Part shown: in pieces, positions 30,833-41,209 of the stretch | Layout of the letters: every line of letters begins with the position of its first letter | Numbering within the stretch: position 1 is the first letter of the stretch | Made by a program: the position numbers and the translations under genes | NCBI GenBank assembly: GCA_963817915.1 | Contig: CAWFQL010000007.1 | Coordinates: 1 to 61,148 of the forward strand | Origin: an uncultured candidate division Zixibacteria bacterium | GTDB taxonomy: Bacteria > Zixibacteria > MSB-5A5 > UBA10806 | DNA: 61,148 nucleotides | Reading direction: 5' to 3' | Notes under the pieces: generated by a model | Database searches by the model: none | Told to the model about the DNA's origin: nothing | The model's input: the letters and a program-made list of their open reading frames with translations, nothing else

Positions 30833-31712
30833 ATGTTTGGAGATAAAGAGTTTAAGGTCAAAGTCGGGTTGGCGGAAATGCTCAAGGGCGGCGTCATCAT
30901 GGATGTTACCAATGCCGACCAGGCCAAGATCGCCGAAGACGCCGGAGCCTGCGCCGTGATGGCATTGGAGAAGGTCCCGGCCGATATCCGCGCCGAGGGC
31001 GGGGTGGCCAGAATGGCCGATCCGACAATTATCGAGCAGATCAAGAAGATAGTTTCGATACCGGTTATGGCCAAATGCCGTATAGGCCATTTCGCCGAAG
31101 CTCAGGTATTACAGGCATTGGAAGTCGATTTTATCGATGAATCGGAAGTCCTGACTCCTGCCGATGAAAGCTATCATATCGACAAGCATAAATTCACGAT
31201 ACCCTTCGTTTGCGGTTGCCGCAATTTAGGTGAATCGCTTAGGACGAATCGGCGAAGGCGCCGCCATGCTGCGCACCAAGGGCGAAGCTGGTTCGGGCAA
31301 TATAGTCGAGGCTGTCCGGCATATGCGGGCGGTCAATGACGCTATCAGACGAATCACCACTCTCGATGACGAACAATTGATGACCGAAGCCAAAAATCTC
31401 GGCGCGCCGTATGAATTAGTCCGATATTTAAAAGAGCATGGCAAATTGCCGGTGCCTAATTTCGCCGCCGGAGGAATAGCGACCCCGGCCGACGCGGCCC
31501 TGATGATGCAGCTTGGCGCTGAATCGGTATTCGTGGGATCCGGCATTTTCAAATCGACCGATCCGGCTCGCAGAGCCAAGGCGATTGTGCTTGCCACGAC
31601 TCATTACAAAGAGCCGAAGATTGTCGCGGAGGCGTCGAAGGCGCTCGGCGAGGCGATGAAGGGTCTGGACATCAAGCAGATTCCCGAGGATCAATTACTC
31701 CAGACCAGGTAG
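30833..31712 (+). CDS. pdxS: pyridoxal 5'-phosphate synthase lyase subunit (frameshift near 31243)
   Basis: [41 protein letters not shown] and [20 protein letters not shown]. Confidence 0.98.
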
Positions 31713-31722
31713 TTATATCACA

Positions 31723-32280
31723 ATGAAAAAGATTATAGGCGTTCTGGCGATACAGGGCGATTTTTCGGCGCATATCGTTGTCTTAAATCGTCTCAAAATT
31801 AAAAATCGCGAAATCCGAAATCCGGCGGATCTGGATGGCGTAACCCATCTGATTATTCCCGGTGGTGAATCGACTACGATTCGAAAAGTAGCGCAAAGCA
31901 ATGGATTATGGGACTTGCTCTCCAAATTCAGCGGGCCGGTCATGGGCACCTGCATGGGCTCTATCATGATGGCGAATAAGATTACCAACCCATCGGGCGA
32001 TGGCTGGAGAATGATTGACATGACTGTCGAGCGTAATGGTTATGGCCGTCAGATAAATTCATTTACGGCCGAGGGAAAAGTCGATTTTAGCGAAAGTCCT
32101 TTTGAAATGGTATTTATCAGGGCCCCCAAAATAGTCAAAATAGGCAATTCTGTTAAGCCGATAGCCTGGCTGAATGACGATATCACTGGAGTCATCAGCG
32201 GCAATAAACTGGCGTTGACATTTCATCCGGAGCTTACCGCAAGCAGCAAAATACATGAATATTTTATCGATCTGAACTAA
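31723..32280 (+). CDS. pdxT: PLP synthase glutaminase subunit
   Basis: GVLAIQG, PGGESTT, GTC, RNGYGRQ, FIRAP and FHPEL. Confidence 0.97.
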   Translation: MKKIIGVLAIQGDFSAHIVVLNRLKIKNREIRNPADLDGVTHLIIPGGESTTIRKVAQSNGLWDLLSKFSGPVMGTCMGSIMMANKITNPSGDGWRMIDMTVERNGYGRQINSFTAEGKVDFSESPFEMVFIRAPKIVKIGNSVKPIAWLNDDITGVISGNKLALTFHPELTASSKIHEYFIDLN

Positions 32281-32317
32281 TTTCACTTAAGAAAGTTGAA
32301 CCCATAGGGACATATTA

Positions 32318-33215
32318 ATGAATATCTATCTGGCCAAAGCTCGCGGTTTCTGCATGGGGGTTCAACGTTCTATAAGCATGGCTGAAAAGACCCGTGCAAA
32401 GATCGAAGGGCGAATTACTATCTTAAACGAGATCGTGCATAATTCATCCGTTGTCGATGAGCTCGAGAAAAAAGGCATCGAACGTACCACCGATTTGAAT
32501 AAAGTCCAGGATGGCACTTTGATAATTTCCGCGCATGGAGTAGCACCATCGGTTATCGATGCCGCATGCGCCAAGGGTCTCAATGTTGTCGATTCGACCT
32601 GTCCCCTCGTTAAGGTTATTCACAAAGCCGCGGATCATTTTATTAAGGAGGGTTATACCGTAATAGTATTCGGCGACTCCAACCATGACGAGATGAAAGG
32701 CGTCAAAGGACATAATCCCGAAAAAATTATAATAGTAAATAAAATCGAAAACCTCGACGATCTTCCTGAGATCAAAGGGAAGGTAGCATTTATCTCTCAA
32801 AGCACTCAATCGATCGAGCTTTTTGACAAGGCAGCTATTTTAGTTAAGCAAAAATACCAGGATGTTCAGATCAAGAATACCATTTGCAAGGCCACGCGAC
32901 AACGTCAGACATCGATCCTTGAATTAGCGCCAAAGGTTGATATAGTTTTGGTAGTAGGCTCGCATACATCGGCAAATTCCAAGAGGCTGGCTCAAATATC
33001 GAGAGAGCTGGGTACGCCATCTTTCCTGATTGATAGAGTCGAAGATATCGAGCCTGACATGGCTGCAGGAAAAAGAAAATATCGGAATAACAGCAGGGGC
33101 ATCGACTCCCGACTGGGCAGTCGATGAAGTGGTAAAGAGAGTAAAAGAACTGGCCTCGGCCGATGGTTCCAAGAGCGTAAATATCTTTGATGAGAGTAAT
33201 GATGATCAGGCGTAA
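32318..33215 (+). CDS. ispH: 4-hydroxy-3-methylbut-2-enyl diphosphate reductase (frameshift near 33059)
   Basis: GFCMGV, IVHN, AHG, TCPLV, TICKAT and SANS. GITAGASTP lies in the shifted frame. Confidence 0.96.
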
Positions 33216-34260
33216 ATCACGGGTCGTGAAAATCGGCAAATTCTTAATCGGCGGAGATTATCCGATCGCGGTACAAACAATGGTGACATCATCACCGGCC
33301 GATACTCAAAAGGCGATCGACGAGATAAATCGCGCCGCGCTGATGCGGGAGCAGAGATTGTCAGAATTGCAGTCCCGGATAAGAAGGCTGCTGATGCTTT
33401 ACCCAGATATTAGAAAAGGCACTGAAGTGCCATTGGTAGCAGATATTCACTTCAACCATAATTTCGCTATCGCCGCCGCCGATGCTGGATTCGATAAGCT
33501 TCGAATCAATCCTGGAAATATTGGAAATGAGAATAATGTAAAAGCAGTTGTCGATAAGGCGGGCGCAAAAGGAATTCCGATTAGAATCGGTGTAAATAGC
33601 GGTTCAGTCGAACGGGATTTGGTTGATAAATTTGGAGGCCCGAAACCTCAGGCCATGGTTGAATCGGCCATGCGCCATGTCGAGCTTTTGGAAAAAAATA
33701 AATTTTACGATATAGTTATCTCGATCAAGGCCTCATCCGCGCTCGAGACAATCGAATGCTATCATCTAATCGCGGAGAAATGCGACTATCCTTTGCATCT
33801 GGGAGTTACTGAAGCCGGGCCTGCGTTCAGCGGCGCGATAAAATCATCAGTGGCCTTGGGTCATTTGTTGCTCGAAGGAATTGGGGACACATTACGAGTC
33901 TCGCTTTCAGCGGATATCGAATTAGAAATCAAGGCCGCCTGGACAATCCTGAAATCGCTTGGATTGAGACGGAGGGGCCTGGAGCTGATTAGTTGCCCAT
34001 CGTGCGGACGGACGGAAACTGATGTCTATAGTTTGGCGGAAAAAGTAGAAAAGGCAGTAGAGGGTATCAATAAAGATATCAAGATCGCGGTGATGGGATG
34101 TATCGTCAATGGGCCGGGCGAGGCGGCTGAGGCGGATATCGGGATTATCGGTGGTAAAGGGAAGATAATGCTGACTCGCAAAGGTGAGTTAGTCGGCAGA
34201 TACGACGAATCGGAGATATTAAAAGTTCTGCTTGATGAAATTAGAAAATTTGTTTCTTAA
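33199..34260 (+). CDS. ispG: (E)-4-hydroxy-3-methylbut-2-enyl-diphosphate synthase (short segment scrambled by compensating indels)
   Basis: ADIHF, RINPGNIG, RIGVNSGS, HLGVTEAG, GDTLRVSL, SCPSCGR and MGCIVNGPGE. Confidence 0.97.
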   Translation: MMIRRKSRVVKIGKFLIGGDYPIAVQTMVTSSPADTQKAIDEINRAALMREQRLSELQSRIRRLLMLYPDIRKGTEVPLVADIHFNHNFAIAAADAGFDKLRINPGNIGNENNVKAVVDKAGAKGIPIRIGVNSGSVERDLVDKFGGPKPQAMVESAMRHVELLEKNKFYDIVISIKASSALETIECYHLIAEKCDYPLHLGVTEAGPAFSGAIKSSVALGHLLLEGIGDTLRVSLSADIELEIKAAWTILKSLGLRRRGLELISCPSCGRTETDVYSLAEKVEKAVEGINKDIKIAVMGCIVNGPGEAAEADIGIIGGKGKIMLTRKGELVGRYDESEILKVLLDEIRKFVS

Positions 34261-34447
34261 AATAATCTGAAATTAGTATTCCAATTCGAATAAATTATAT
34301 ATTTCTGCGGGAACCGGGCTTAAATGGAGCATGTTTGATATATATGATTGCCATTGGCAATCAAATTATTGAATTACAACGTCGAAACGGGACGGGCTTT
34401 GGGGAAAACAAATGAAAATTATTTGAAATTCAGGAAAAGGAGAAATA

Positions 34448-34939
34448 ATGATTAGCGAGACAATCCAAAAATTGATTAATGACCAGATTAACGAAGAACT
34501 GTATTCATCGTATCTTTATCTGGCCATGTCGGCTTACTGCGAATCCCTAAACTACAAGGGTTTTGCGGCCTGGATGAAAGTCCAGTCCGATGAGGAAAAG
34601 AAACATGCCGAAAGGTTTTATAGCTATTTGATAGACAGAAATGGCCGTGCTATTTTGAAGGCGGTATCGGCCCCACCAGCCGAGTTTGGCTCAATTCGCG
34701 AGTTATTTGAAAAGACATTGGAGCACGAAAAGAAAATCACGGGTTTGATTAATAATATCTATGACCAGGCTGTCAAGGAAAAGGATTTTGCGACGCAGGA
34801 ACACCTGAATTGGTTTGTGAAAGAGCAGGTGGAAGAGGAATCCAGCGCAATGACAGTCCTCGAGCAGGTGAAAATGGCTGGCGACAAACCGGGCAATTTG
34901 ATGTATATTGACAGGCATGTTGGCAAGAGAGGCAAATAG
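34448..34939 (+). CDS. ftnA: non-heme ferritin
   Basis: QINEELYSSYLYLAM, EEKKHA, HEKKIT and WFVKEQVEEE ferroxidase motifs. Confidence 0.95.
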   Translation: MISETIQKLINDQINEELYSSYLYLAMSAYCESLNYKGFAAWMKVQSDEEKKHAERFYSYLIDRNGRAILKAVSAPPAEFGSIRELFEKTLEHEKKITGLINNIYDQAVKEKDFATQEHLNWFVKEQVEEESSAMTVLEQVKMAGDKPGNLMYIDRHVGKRGK

Positions 34940-34967
34940 CAGAATTTTTTTGAAGATATTATGACTG

Positions 34968-35007
34968 AAAGCCTGGCATTTTGAATGATGACAGGCTTTG
35001 TTTTTTG
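34968..35007 (+). terminator. probable intrinsic terminator after ferritin
   Basis: AAAGCCTG...CAGGCTTT followed by GTTTTTT. Confidence 0.55.
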
Positions 35008-35278
35008 TGAAACCCATAAAGAGCGGGAGACAAAAAAGTAAATCACCGGTTAGTTATTTTCGAATTGTTCGGCAAGGTCTAAGATATCATTTTCACAGAT
35101 TAGGCTTGCATTGCGGCTTAAATGGCTTATTAATTTGTAATATGAATGGAGGTTTGGGAAGCAAAACGGGTAGAATTCGGGATAAGCTGCCTATTAGGTG
35201 ATCGTTCTATTTTAGTTTATGCCCGGCGAATTTAATTATTATATTTATTTAATAAACTATTAAAAAGAGAGTATTGGA

Positions 35279-35893
35279 ATGGCATTATTTTCAAAAACCG
35301 GATTCAGGGAAAGAGTGATGATCTTTATTGACGGCAACAATCTATATCATAGCCTCAAGCATGTTATTGGAAAAACAAACATGGATTTCAAAAAATTTGC
35401 CGACAAATTGGTTCAGGACAGACAATTAATCAGGGTTTATTACTATAACGCTCCTCTTAATCGCGACGACGATGAAGAAAAATTCCGCATGCAGCAATCA
35501 TTTTTTGATTCGTTGGATACTGTCCCCTATTTGACAAAAAAGTTCGGAAGATTAGAAAAACGGCTTGTTAAGCAGACCTTACCTGATGGCACGTTTGTCT
35601 CCGTGCCCACTTATGTGGAAAAAGGTGTAGATACTTTTATTACTATCGATATGCTATCGCATGCGTATAAAGATAATTATGATACTGCTATTCTGATTTC
35701 GGGCGATGAGGATTTTATGGTATTGGTCGAGGTTGTCAAGGATATCGGCAAGCATGTAGAGGTGGCCAATCTGGGTGGTTCGTATATTTTACGTCAATCA
35801 GCGGACAAGTACATATTGATAGATAAGAATTTCCTCGATGGTATTCAACAGCCGGATCGAAACGGCGGGACTGAAAAAAGCTGGATCGATTAA
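35279..35893 (+). CDS. NYN domain (LabA/DUF88, PIN-fold) protein
   Basis: FIDGNNL, EKGVD and ISGDEDF acidic motifs. Confidence 0.93.
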   Translation: MALFSKTGFRERVMIFIDGNNLYHSLKHVIGKTNMDFKKFADKLVQDRQLIRVYYYNAPLNRDDDEEKFRMQQSFFDSLDTVPYLTKKFGRLEKRLVKQTLPDGTFVSVPTYVEKGVDTFITIDMLSHAYKDNYDTAILISGDEDFMVLVEVVKDIGKHVEVANLGGSYILRQSADKYILIDKNFLDGIQQPDRNGGTEKSWID

Positions 35894-36009
35894 TTTTCGA
35901 TGATTGATGAGAAAACTATTATCAGATATTTTTCTGAGGATATTCATATTGTCACCGTTGAAGATCGTACATTTTGACGCTGAATCTTGAAGATAAAACT
36001 ACTGATTGA

Positions 36010-36911
36010 TGATTGATGGAAAGAAAAGATTGTTGTTAACCGGCGCGTCCGGATTGCTTGGAAATAATCTAATCCCGATTCTTAGGCCCCATTATGAAAT
36101 TGTTTCCATAGGAAGAACAGCTCCGTTGGTGCAGGTGGATCAAATTGAGCATTTTACTCTGGACTTAACAAATCCGGCTTCTCTAAATGAATTCTTAAAT
36201 TCCCATCGTTTTGATTTGATTATCAATTGCGCGGCCATGACCGATGTCGATTTCTGCGAGCGCAATCGTGAAAACGCAAAGTTAATTAATTCGGAGTCGG
36301 TAAAGCAGTTCTCATCATATAGTCACAGTTCTGAGACATTGCTGGTACATATTTCCACTGATTTCGTATTCGACGGGCATTCTGGGCCGTATCCCGAATC
36401 ATTCAGACCCCATCCTATCAATTATTATGGGACGACTAAAATGGAAGCGGAAAATTTTATCATCTATTCCGGATGTCATTATGTCATTATTCGAACCAGC
36501 CATATTTATGGAATAAATCAAAAGGGCGGCGCCAGGATTGTACAGATGATGAAAGACAAGATCGATAACGGTTTGCAATATTGGGCGGCTATTGATCAAT
36601 ATATCAATCCGACCCTGGCATCAAATCTGGCCGAATCGATATTGGAATTACTAAAAATTGATTTTCGTGGCGTCATTAATATTGCGGGCGCGGAGTATTT
36701 ATCCAGATATGAAATCGCCAAGATAGTCGCGTCGAAATTCGGACTCGACAAGAATATGATAATTGAAAAGGAAATGAAGGAAATTCCACTAGCAGCCGCC
36801 AGACCGCTACGCGCCGGGTTAAATATAGATAAAATGAAAATGACCATTCCTACAAAACCGGTTGGAATTTCCGAGGGCCTGGAAATATTAAAGAAATATC
36901 TCGGAAAGTAA
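36010..36911 (+). CDS. dTDP-4-dehydrorhamnose reductase-family SDR
   Basis: TGASGLLG, NCAAMTDVD, HISTDFVFDG, YGTTK and AARP. Confidence 0.9.
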
Positions 36912-37007
36912 TTCATGGAATGGTTATGATCACAATCGTTGGAATCAACAATAGAAGTCGGGAATATTCGATAAGCAAATTTGATGGGCTTGAGCAACGG
37001 GCTAAGA

Positions 37008-38147
37008 ATGACAAATACTCCTCCTAAAATATTTCTAATGTACGCATCCGCCGGATCGGGCCATCGCAGTGCCTGCGAATCGATAAAATATTCATTACTT
37101 CAAATCAGGCCCGACGCCGAAATTAAAATGGTCGATATTCTTGATTATATGCCGCGCATTGTGTCGAAAATTTATTCGCAGGGATACCTTCTTGCCGCGA
37201 GCAAATTCCCAATGTTATGGTATTTTATTTATGAAAGCGGCTCGGATTTATCCAATTTTAAATTACCAGGGATTGCGCATAGAATATTCTGGCACTCATT
37301 GCTCTCCTCATTATTCCAATATCTACGTTATGAAAAGCCTGACTATATTGTTTCAACACATTTCCTTTCGAGTTGGGCCGCGGGATACTATAAAAAGAAA
37401 ATCAATAATAATTGCCGAACTTCGACCGTGATCACCGATTATGGTCTTCACCCGGCGTGGATAACCGCCGGGCAGGATGTCGTTTTCGTGGCCACGGAGC
37501 AACTAAAAGCTGAATTAAGACCATTCGCCAAATATTTCGAGACAGAAAAGATTGAATCCGTCGGCATTCCAATTCATCCAAAATTTGGGGTTGCCAAAAA
37601 TGTCGATGCCTTGAGGGCCAAATATAAAATCGATGGCTCCAGGCCTACATTGCTAATCCTTGGCGGCATGTTTGGCGCGAAAAATATCAAATTCATCTTG
37701 AGCTGGCTGTCCGAATGCCACGCCAGTATTCAGGTCATATTAGTGGCAGGCAAATATTATCCCATACCGGAGTACCTTAAAGAAAAGATGATCCTTAGGG
37801 ATATCAAATATCAATTATATGGATACGTAGATTTTATGGATGATTTGATGGCGATTGCTGACGTCGCAATTACCAAAGCGGGAGCTCTTACTACATCGGA
37901 GTGTCTCGCATCCGGCTTGCCTTTGATAATCTTCAGACCGTACCCCGGCCAGGAGGAAAGAAATTGCGACTATTTTCTCGAGCACGGAGTTGCGGTCAAG
38001 GTAGATCAGCTTCCAGGTTTGTGCTACAAGATCGATTCTATATTGAATAATGCCGGGGAATTGGATAAAATGCGAACGAATGCAAGACAGATTGCCAAAT
38101 CCAATTCATCGGAGATGATAGCAAAAATGCTGCTGGAATTAGAATAA
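37008..38147 (+). CDS. MGDG synthase/UgtP-family diacylglycerol glycosyltransferase
   Basis: SAGSGH, VITDYGLHPAW, GIPI, ITKAGALT.SE and PGQEERN. Confidence 0.9.
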   Translation: MTNTPPKIFLMYASAGSGHRSACESIKYSLLQIRPDAEIKMVDILDYMPRIVSKIYSQGYLLAASKFPMLWYFIYESGSDLSNFKLPGIAHRIFWHSLLSSLFQYLRYEKPDYIVSTHFLSSWAAGYYKKKINNNCRTSTVITDYGLHPAWITAGQDVVFVATEQLKAELRPFAKYFETEKIESVGIPIHPKFGVAKNVDALRAKYKIDGSRPTLLILGGMFGAKNIKFILSWLSECHASIQVILVAGKYYPIPEYLKEKMILRDIKYQLYGYVDFMDDLMAIADVAITKAGALTTSECLASGLPLIIFRPYPGQEERNCDYFLEHGVAVKVDQLPGLCYKIDSILNNAGELDKMRTNARQIAKSNSSEMIAKMLLELE

Positions 38148-38175
38148 CAAAACATGGTATAATTGACAGGACATT

Positions 38176-38520
38176 ATGGCTGAAATTGATAAAGAGAAAA
38201 CCAGGGAGCTCTTACTTCTAATCAAGGCTGATTTACAAAAGACCTTAGATATTTATAGAAAAGCTACTGTAGATAGGGCTAAGAAGATAGAACAAGATTT
38301 AGAGCAAATAAATGTGTACTTTGAAATTTTGGAAAGTGGTGAAAAAAGCAGGACCTTAAACGCTCGAATTATCAAGAAAATTAACCGTCTGATTTCTTGG
38401 ACGGACAAAGCTAAGACCAAAAGCACTACACTAAAAAAGCAACAGGATCGTTTCGAAGATCATTTTCGTGAAATTCAGAAGACTCTTGTAATTCTATTAT
38501 CGAATAAATTCAAATATTAA
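38176..38520 (+). CDS. hypothetical helical, Lys-rich protein
   Basis: 114-aa ORF with an AGGA RBS and upstream TGGTATAAT extended -10. Confidence 0.65.
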   Translation: MAEIDKEKTRELLLLIKADLQKTLDIYRKATVDRAKKIEQDLEQINVYFEILESGEKSRTLNARIIKKINRLISWTDKAKTKSTTLKKQQDRFEDHFREIQKTLVILLSNKFKY

Positions 38521-38544
38521 TATAAAACGTGATTGGTTTTTCAA

Positions 38545-40971
38545 TCACTTTAATAGAATCAATTTCTTGATATCGACCTTAGTACTCGCTGATAGCCTGC
38601 AGAAATAGATTCCCGATGAAAGCGCCGAACAATCCCAAATTACTGAATGCGCGCCCGCAGACATTACGCCTTCAGCCAAAATCGCAACTCGTTTTCCAAG
38701 CAAATCAAACGCTTCCAATGATATATTTTCAGAGTTTGGGAGATAATATTCGATAATTGTCGATGAGTTGAATGGATTTGGATAATTTTGCATCAAGCTT
38801 AATTTTTGCGGGAGGGCACTATTATTGTTAACTGAAGTTGGATTGAGATACAAACTCATACTAAGAGAATCATTGTTTGGATTTCTGTCATTCTCAAGTG
38901 TGTGAAAGAAGCTAAAGGTGTACATTTCCCTTGCCGTTGGAGAGAATTCAGGGAATTCGACAATGGCGTTGTCTCTAAAATTTAGTAGGTTTGTGTAATG
39001 AACTTGTCCATAATATACTATTGTGTCTTCATCAGAAATCGAACAATATAAATCAAAATCGGTTTCGGAATTAATCCCAACATTCTCAATAAGCAATTTC
39101 GGAATTATCGGATAATAAATTGTATCTGGATCGGGGCCTAAGATTGCTACGTTGGAAATATCATGCGAATATCCGCTATACATTGTGGCAATTGCCGTAT
39201 CATTTCTTGGTGTGTTGTCTCCAAGAAGCTTGGTAATTCCCATAAAATTATAATCATTACCACAATTCTGGAAATCAAATGGGCCAAAATCCGCGATTGT
39301 ACTATCACCTTCCGCAAGAAATGTAATAATTGAAGTATCGGAAACAACCATCGCTGTATCATGCGAAATGTGACAGATGACCTTAACATTGTTGACATTG
39401 ACATTGCCCATATTTTTCACTTTTACATAAATTGGGTACTGCTGTTCGCAATCTAAGAGCGAATCGGTAGTGCTTATCAGCAGGCTGGCAACATCGAGAT
39501 CAATGTCGGGCAATGCAATATATCTATTGGGGGCGACATCGGTATAGGTTATTGGAGGCACGGTCAGATTTGGAAATGAAATAATAAGTGAGTCTATTAT
39601 TGTCGCAGTTCCCAGGCCAAAGTGAAGGGGCAGCATGTTTTGACATCCGAACCCGGCACCTCCAGAAACTTCTCGAATTTGCGATATTCCCCCAGCCACT
39701 ATTTTTACTCTCGCCCCTATAGCATCATAATTTGGATAGTAGCCGTTGACCTTAATGATGACCCAGTTGTTATCGTTTTCAGTAACATTACGATAAAGAG
39801 TTGTCTTATTGGGATTATCCTGATTCTCTGCATAATGGGCAACTACAATATCCAATTTGCCGTCCCTATCAATATCGCCAACCGATGAGCCGCAGCACCA
39901 ATGTCTATCTGTCACGCCGGCTGCAGATGCGCATTCGCGGAATGTGCCATCATGATTGTTCATATACAGGCGAGCACCATAACTCCCGGTAACAACATAG
40001 AAATCCAACCATCCATCATTATCGAAATCGCCCCAGGTCCCGTTATTGGCCCAGACCTCAAGCCCTACGCCTGCGGCTTCGGTTACATCCGAAAATGTGC
40101 CATCACCATTATTATGCCATAATTCTCCGCTCTGATCTGCCAATATGAAACATAGAGGTCTATTAACCCATTATTGTCAAAATCGGCCCAAGCAACGGCC
40201 ATGCCTGTCATATTTGGATTATTTGGATTATTGAATCCTGCCGAATCGGTGATATTCGCAAATCGATTGTTTCCGTTATTGCGATAAAATTATTCGGTTC
40301 TCAGCGGAAATAAATATATCTAAATCGCCATCATTGTAAAATCCGCACATGCCACTCCATGCCATAAAAGACTGGAATCTGAAAGGTCCTAGCTTCCTCG
40401 ATATATCGGTAAAGGGACCGATAACATGACCCTGAAATAAGGCCAGTTTGATTGCTGCTTTCGGGCCAGTGCTGGTTAATCACTAATAGATCTAAGGGAA
40501 AGATTTTTAGTAAGCGGCGCAAACATGCAGCGTATCCAAAACCTCCGCGGATCATCCACTCGAAATTCGGATGCTGCTCAGTAAAATACCATTAGTCAAA
40601 ATATAAAGATCATCTTTCCCGCCATCCCGCCTTGAAATATAGATTTCTTCTTCATAATCGGCATTGAAATCACCGTAACATACGCCCCATCCCGAGCCTT
40701 GACCCTGAATATTCATCTCTGCCGTAACATCATTAAATGTCATATCTCCGTTATTTCTATATAATCGGTTGAAACCATCATGCCCAACAACGAATATGTC
40801 CATATTCCCATCATGATTATAATCAAGCATAGCAGTACCCCAACCCAACTCACTGTAAGAACCAAGTCCAGATGATTCAGTGATGTCTGAAAATCTAACT
40901 TCGCTAAATACTGATACTGACAATAACACGATAATCGAAATTGAGACGGTGGCTACTTGCTTAATTCTCAT
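38545..40971 (-). CDS. secreted FG-GAP/CRTAC-ASPIC/UnbV protein with CARDB-like domains and a C-terminal NYPNPFN domain (many indels in 40143-40580)
   Basis: DYNHDGNMD, DFDNDGWLD and DIDRDGKLD repeats; AIGARV...LHFGLG; QNYPNPFN. The gap between the two ORFs still yields FG-GAP-like text across frames. Confidence 0.85.
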
Positions 40972-41042
40972 AAATACCCCCAAAATGGGTTATTAAAATT
41001 CGGCTCGTTTTCAAATCAACGTTTCAAATATTCAATTAGTTT

Positions 41043-41071
41043 AATATAGCCGCGTTCCTCTATTATGTCAA
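41043..41071 (-). promoter_or_regulatory. sigma70 promoter of the FG-GAP gene
   Basis: Minus strand TTGACA-N17-TATATT. Confidence 0.7.
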
Positions 41072-41097
41072 GAATAATTTAGAGTATATTTTCAAAT

Positions 41098-41132
41098 ACA
41101 AACGGAGGATCAATACTCGATCAATCCTCCGA
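41098..41132 (-). terminator. intrinsic terminator after the S8 peptidase
   Basis: Minus strand CGGAGGATTGAT-cgagt-ATTGATCCTCCG followed by TTTGT. Confidence 0.65.
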
Positions 41133-41209
41133 CAAACCCCTGACATCAAATGAACAGTGATCCCACCTCCCAATTTAAGCTTCGCGCGGAAATCGGAGGA
41201 TGGTTATCT

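Noticed and set aside
31226..33239. Programmed frameshifting in pdxS or ispH
   Set aside because: No slippery heptamers at the breaks. Same pattern as the window-wide indel errors.
40143..40580. Insertion element interrupting the FG-GAP gene
   Set aside because: Reading across frames gives continuous FG-GAP-like protein (GVDDPGGFGYAAC..., DGDLDI, AWADFDN), so this is an indel-rich stretch.
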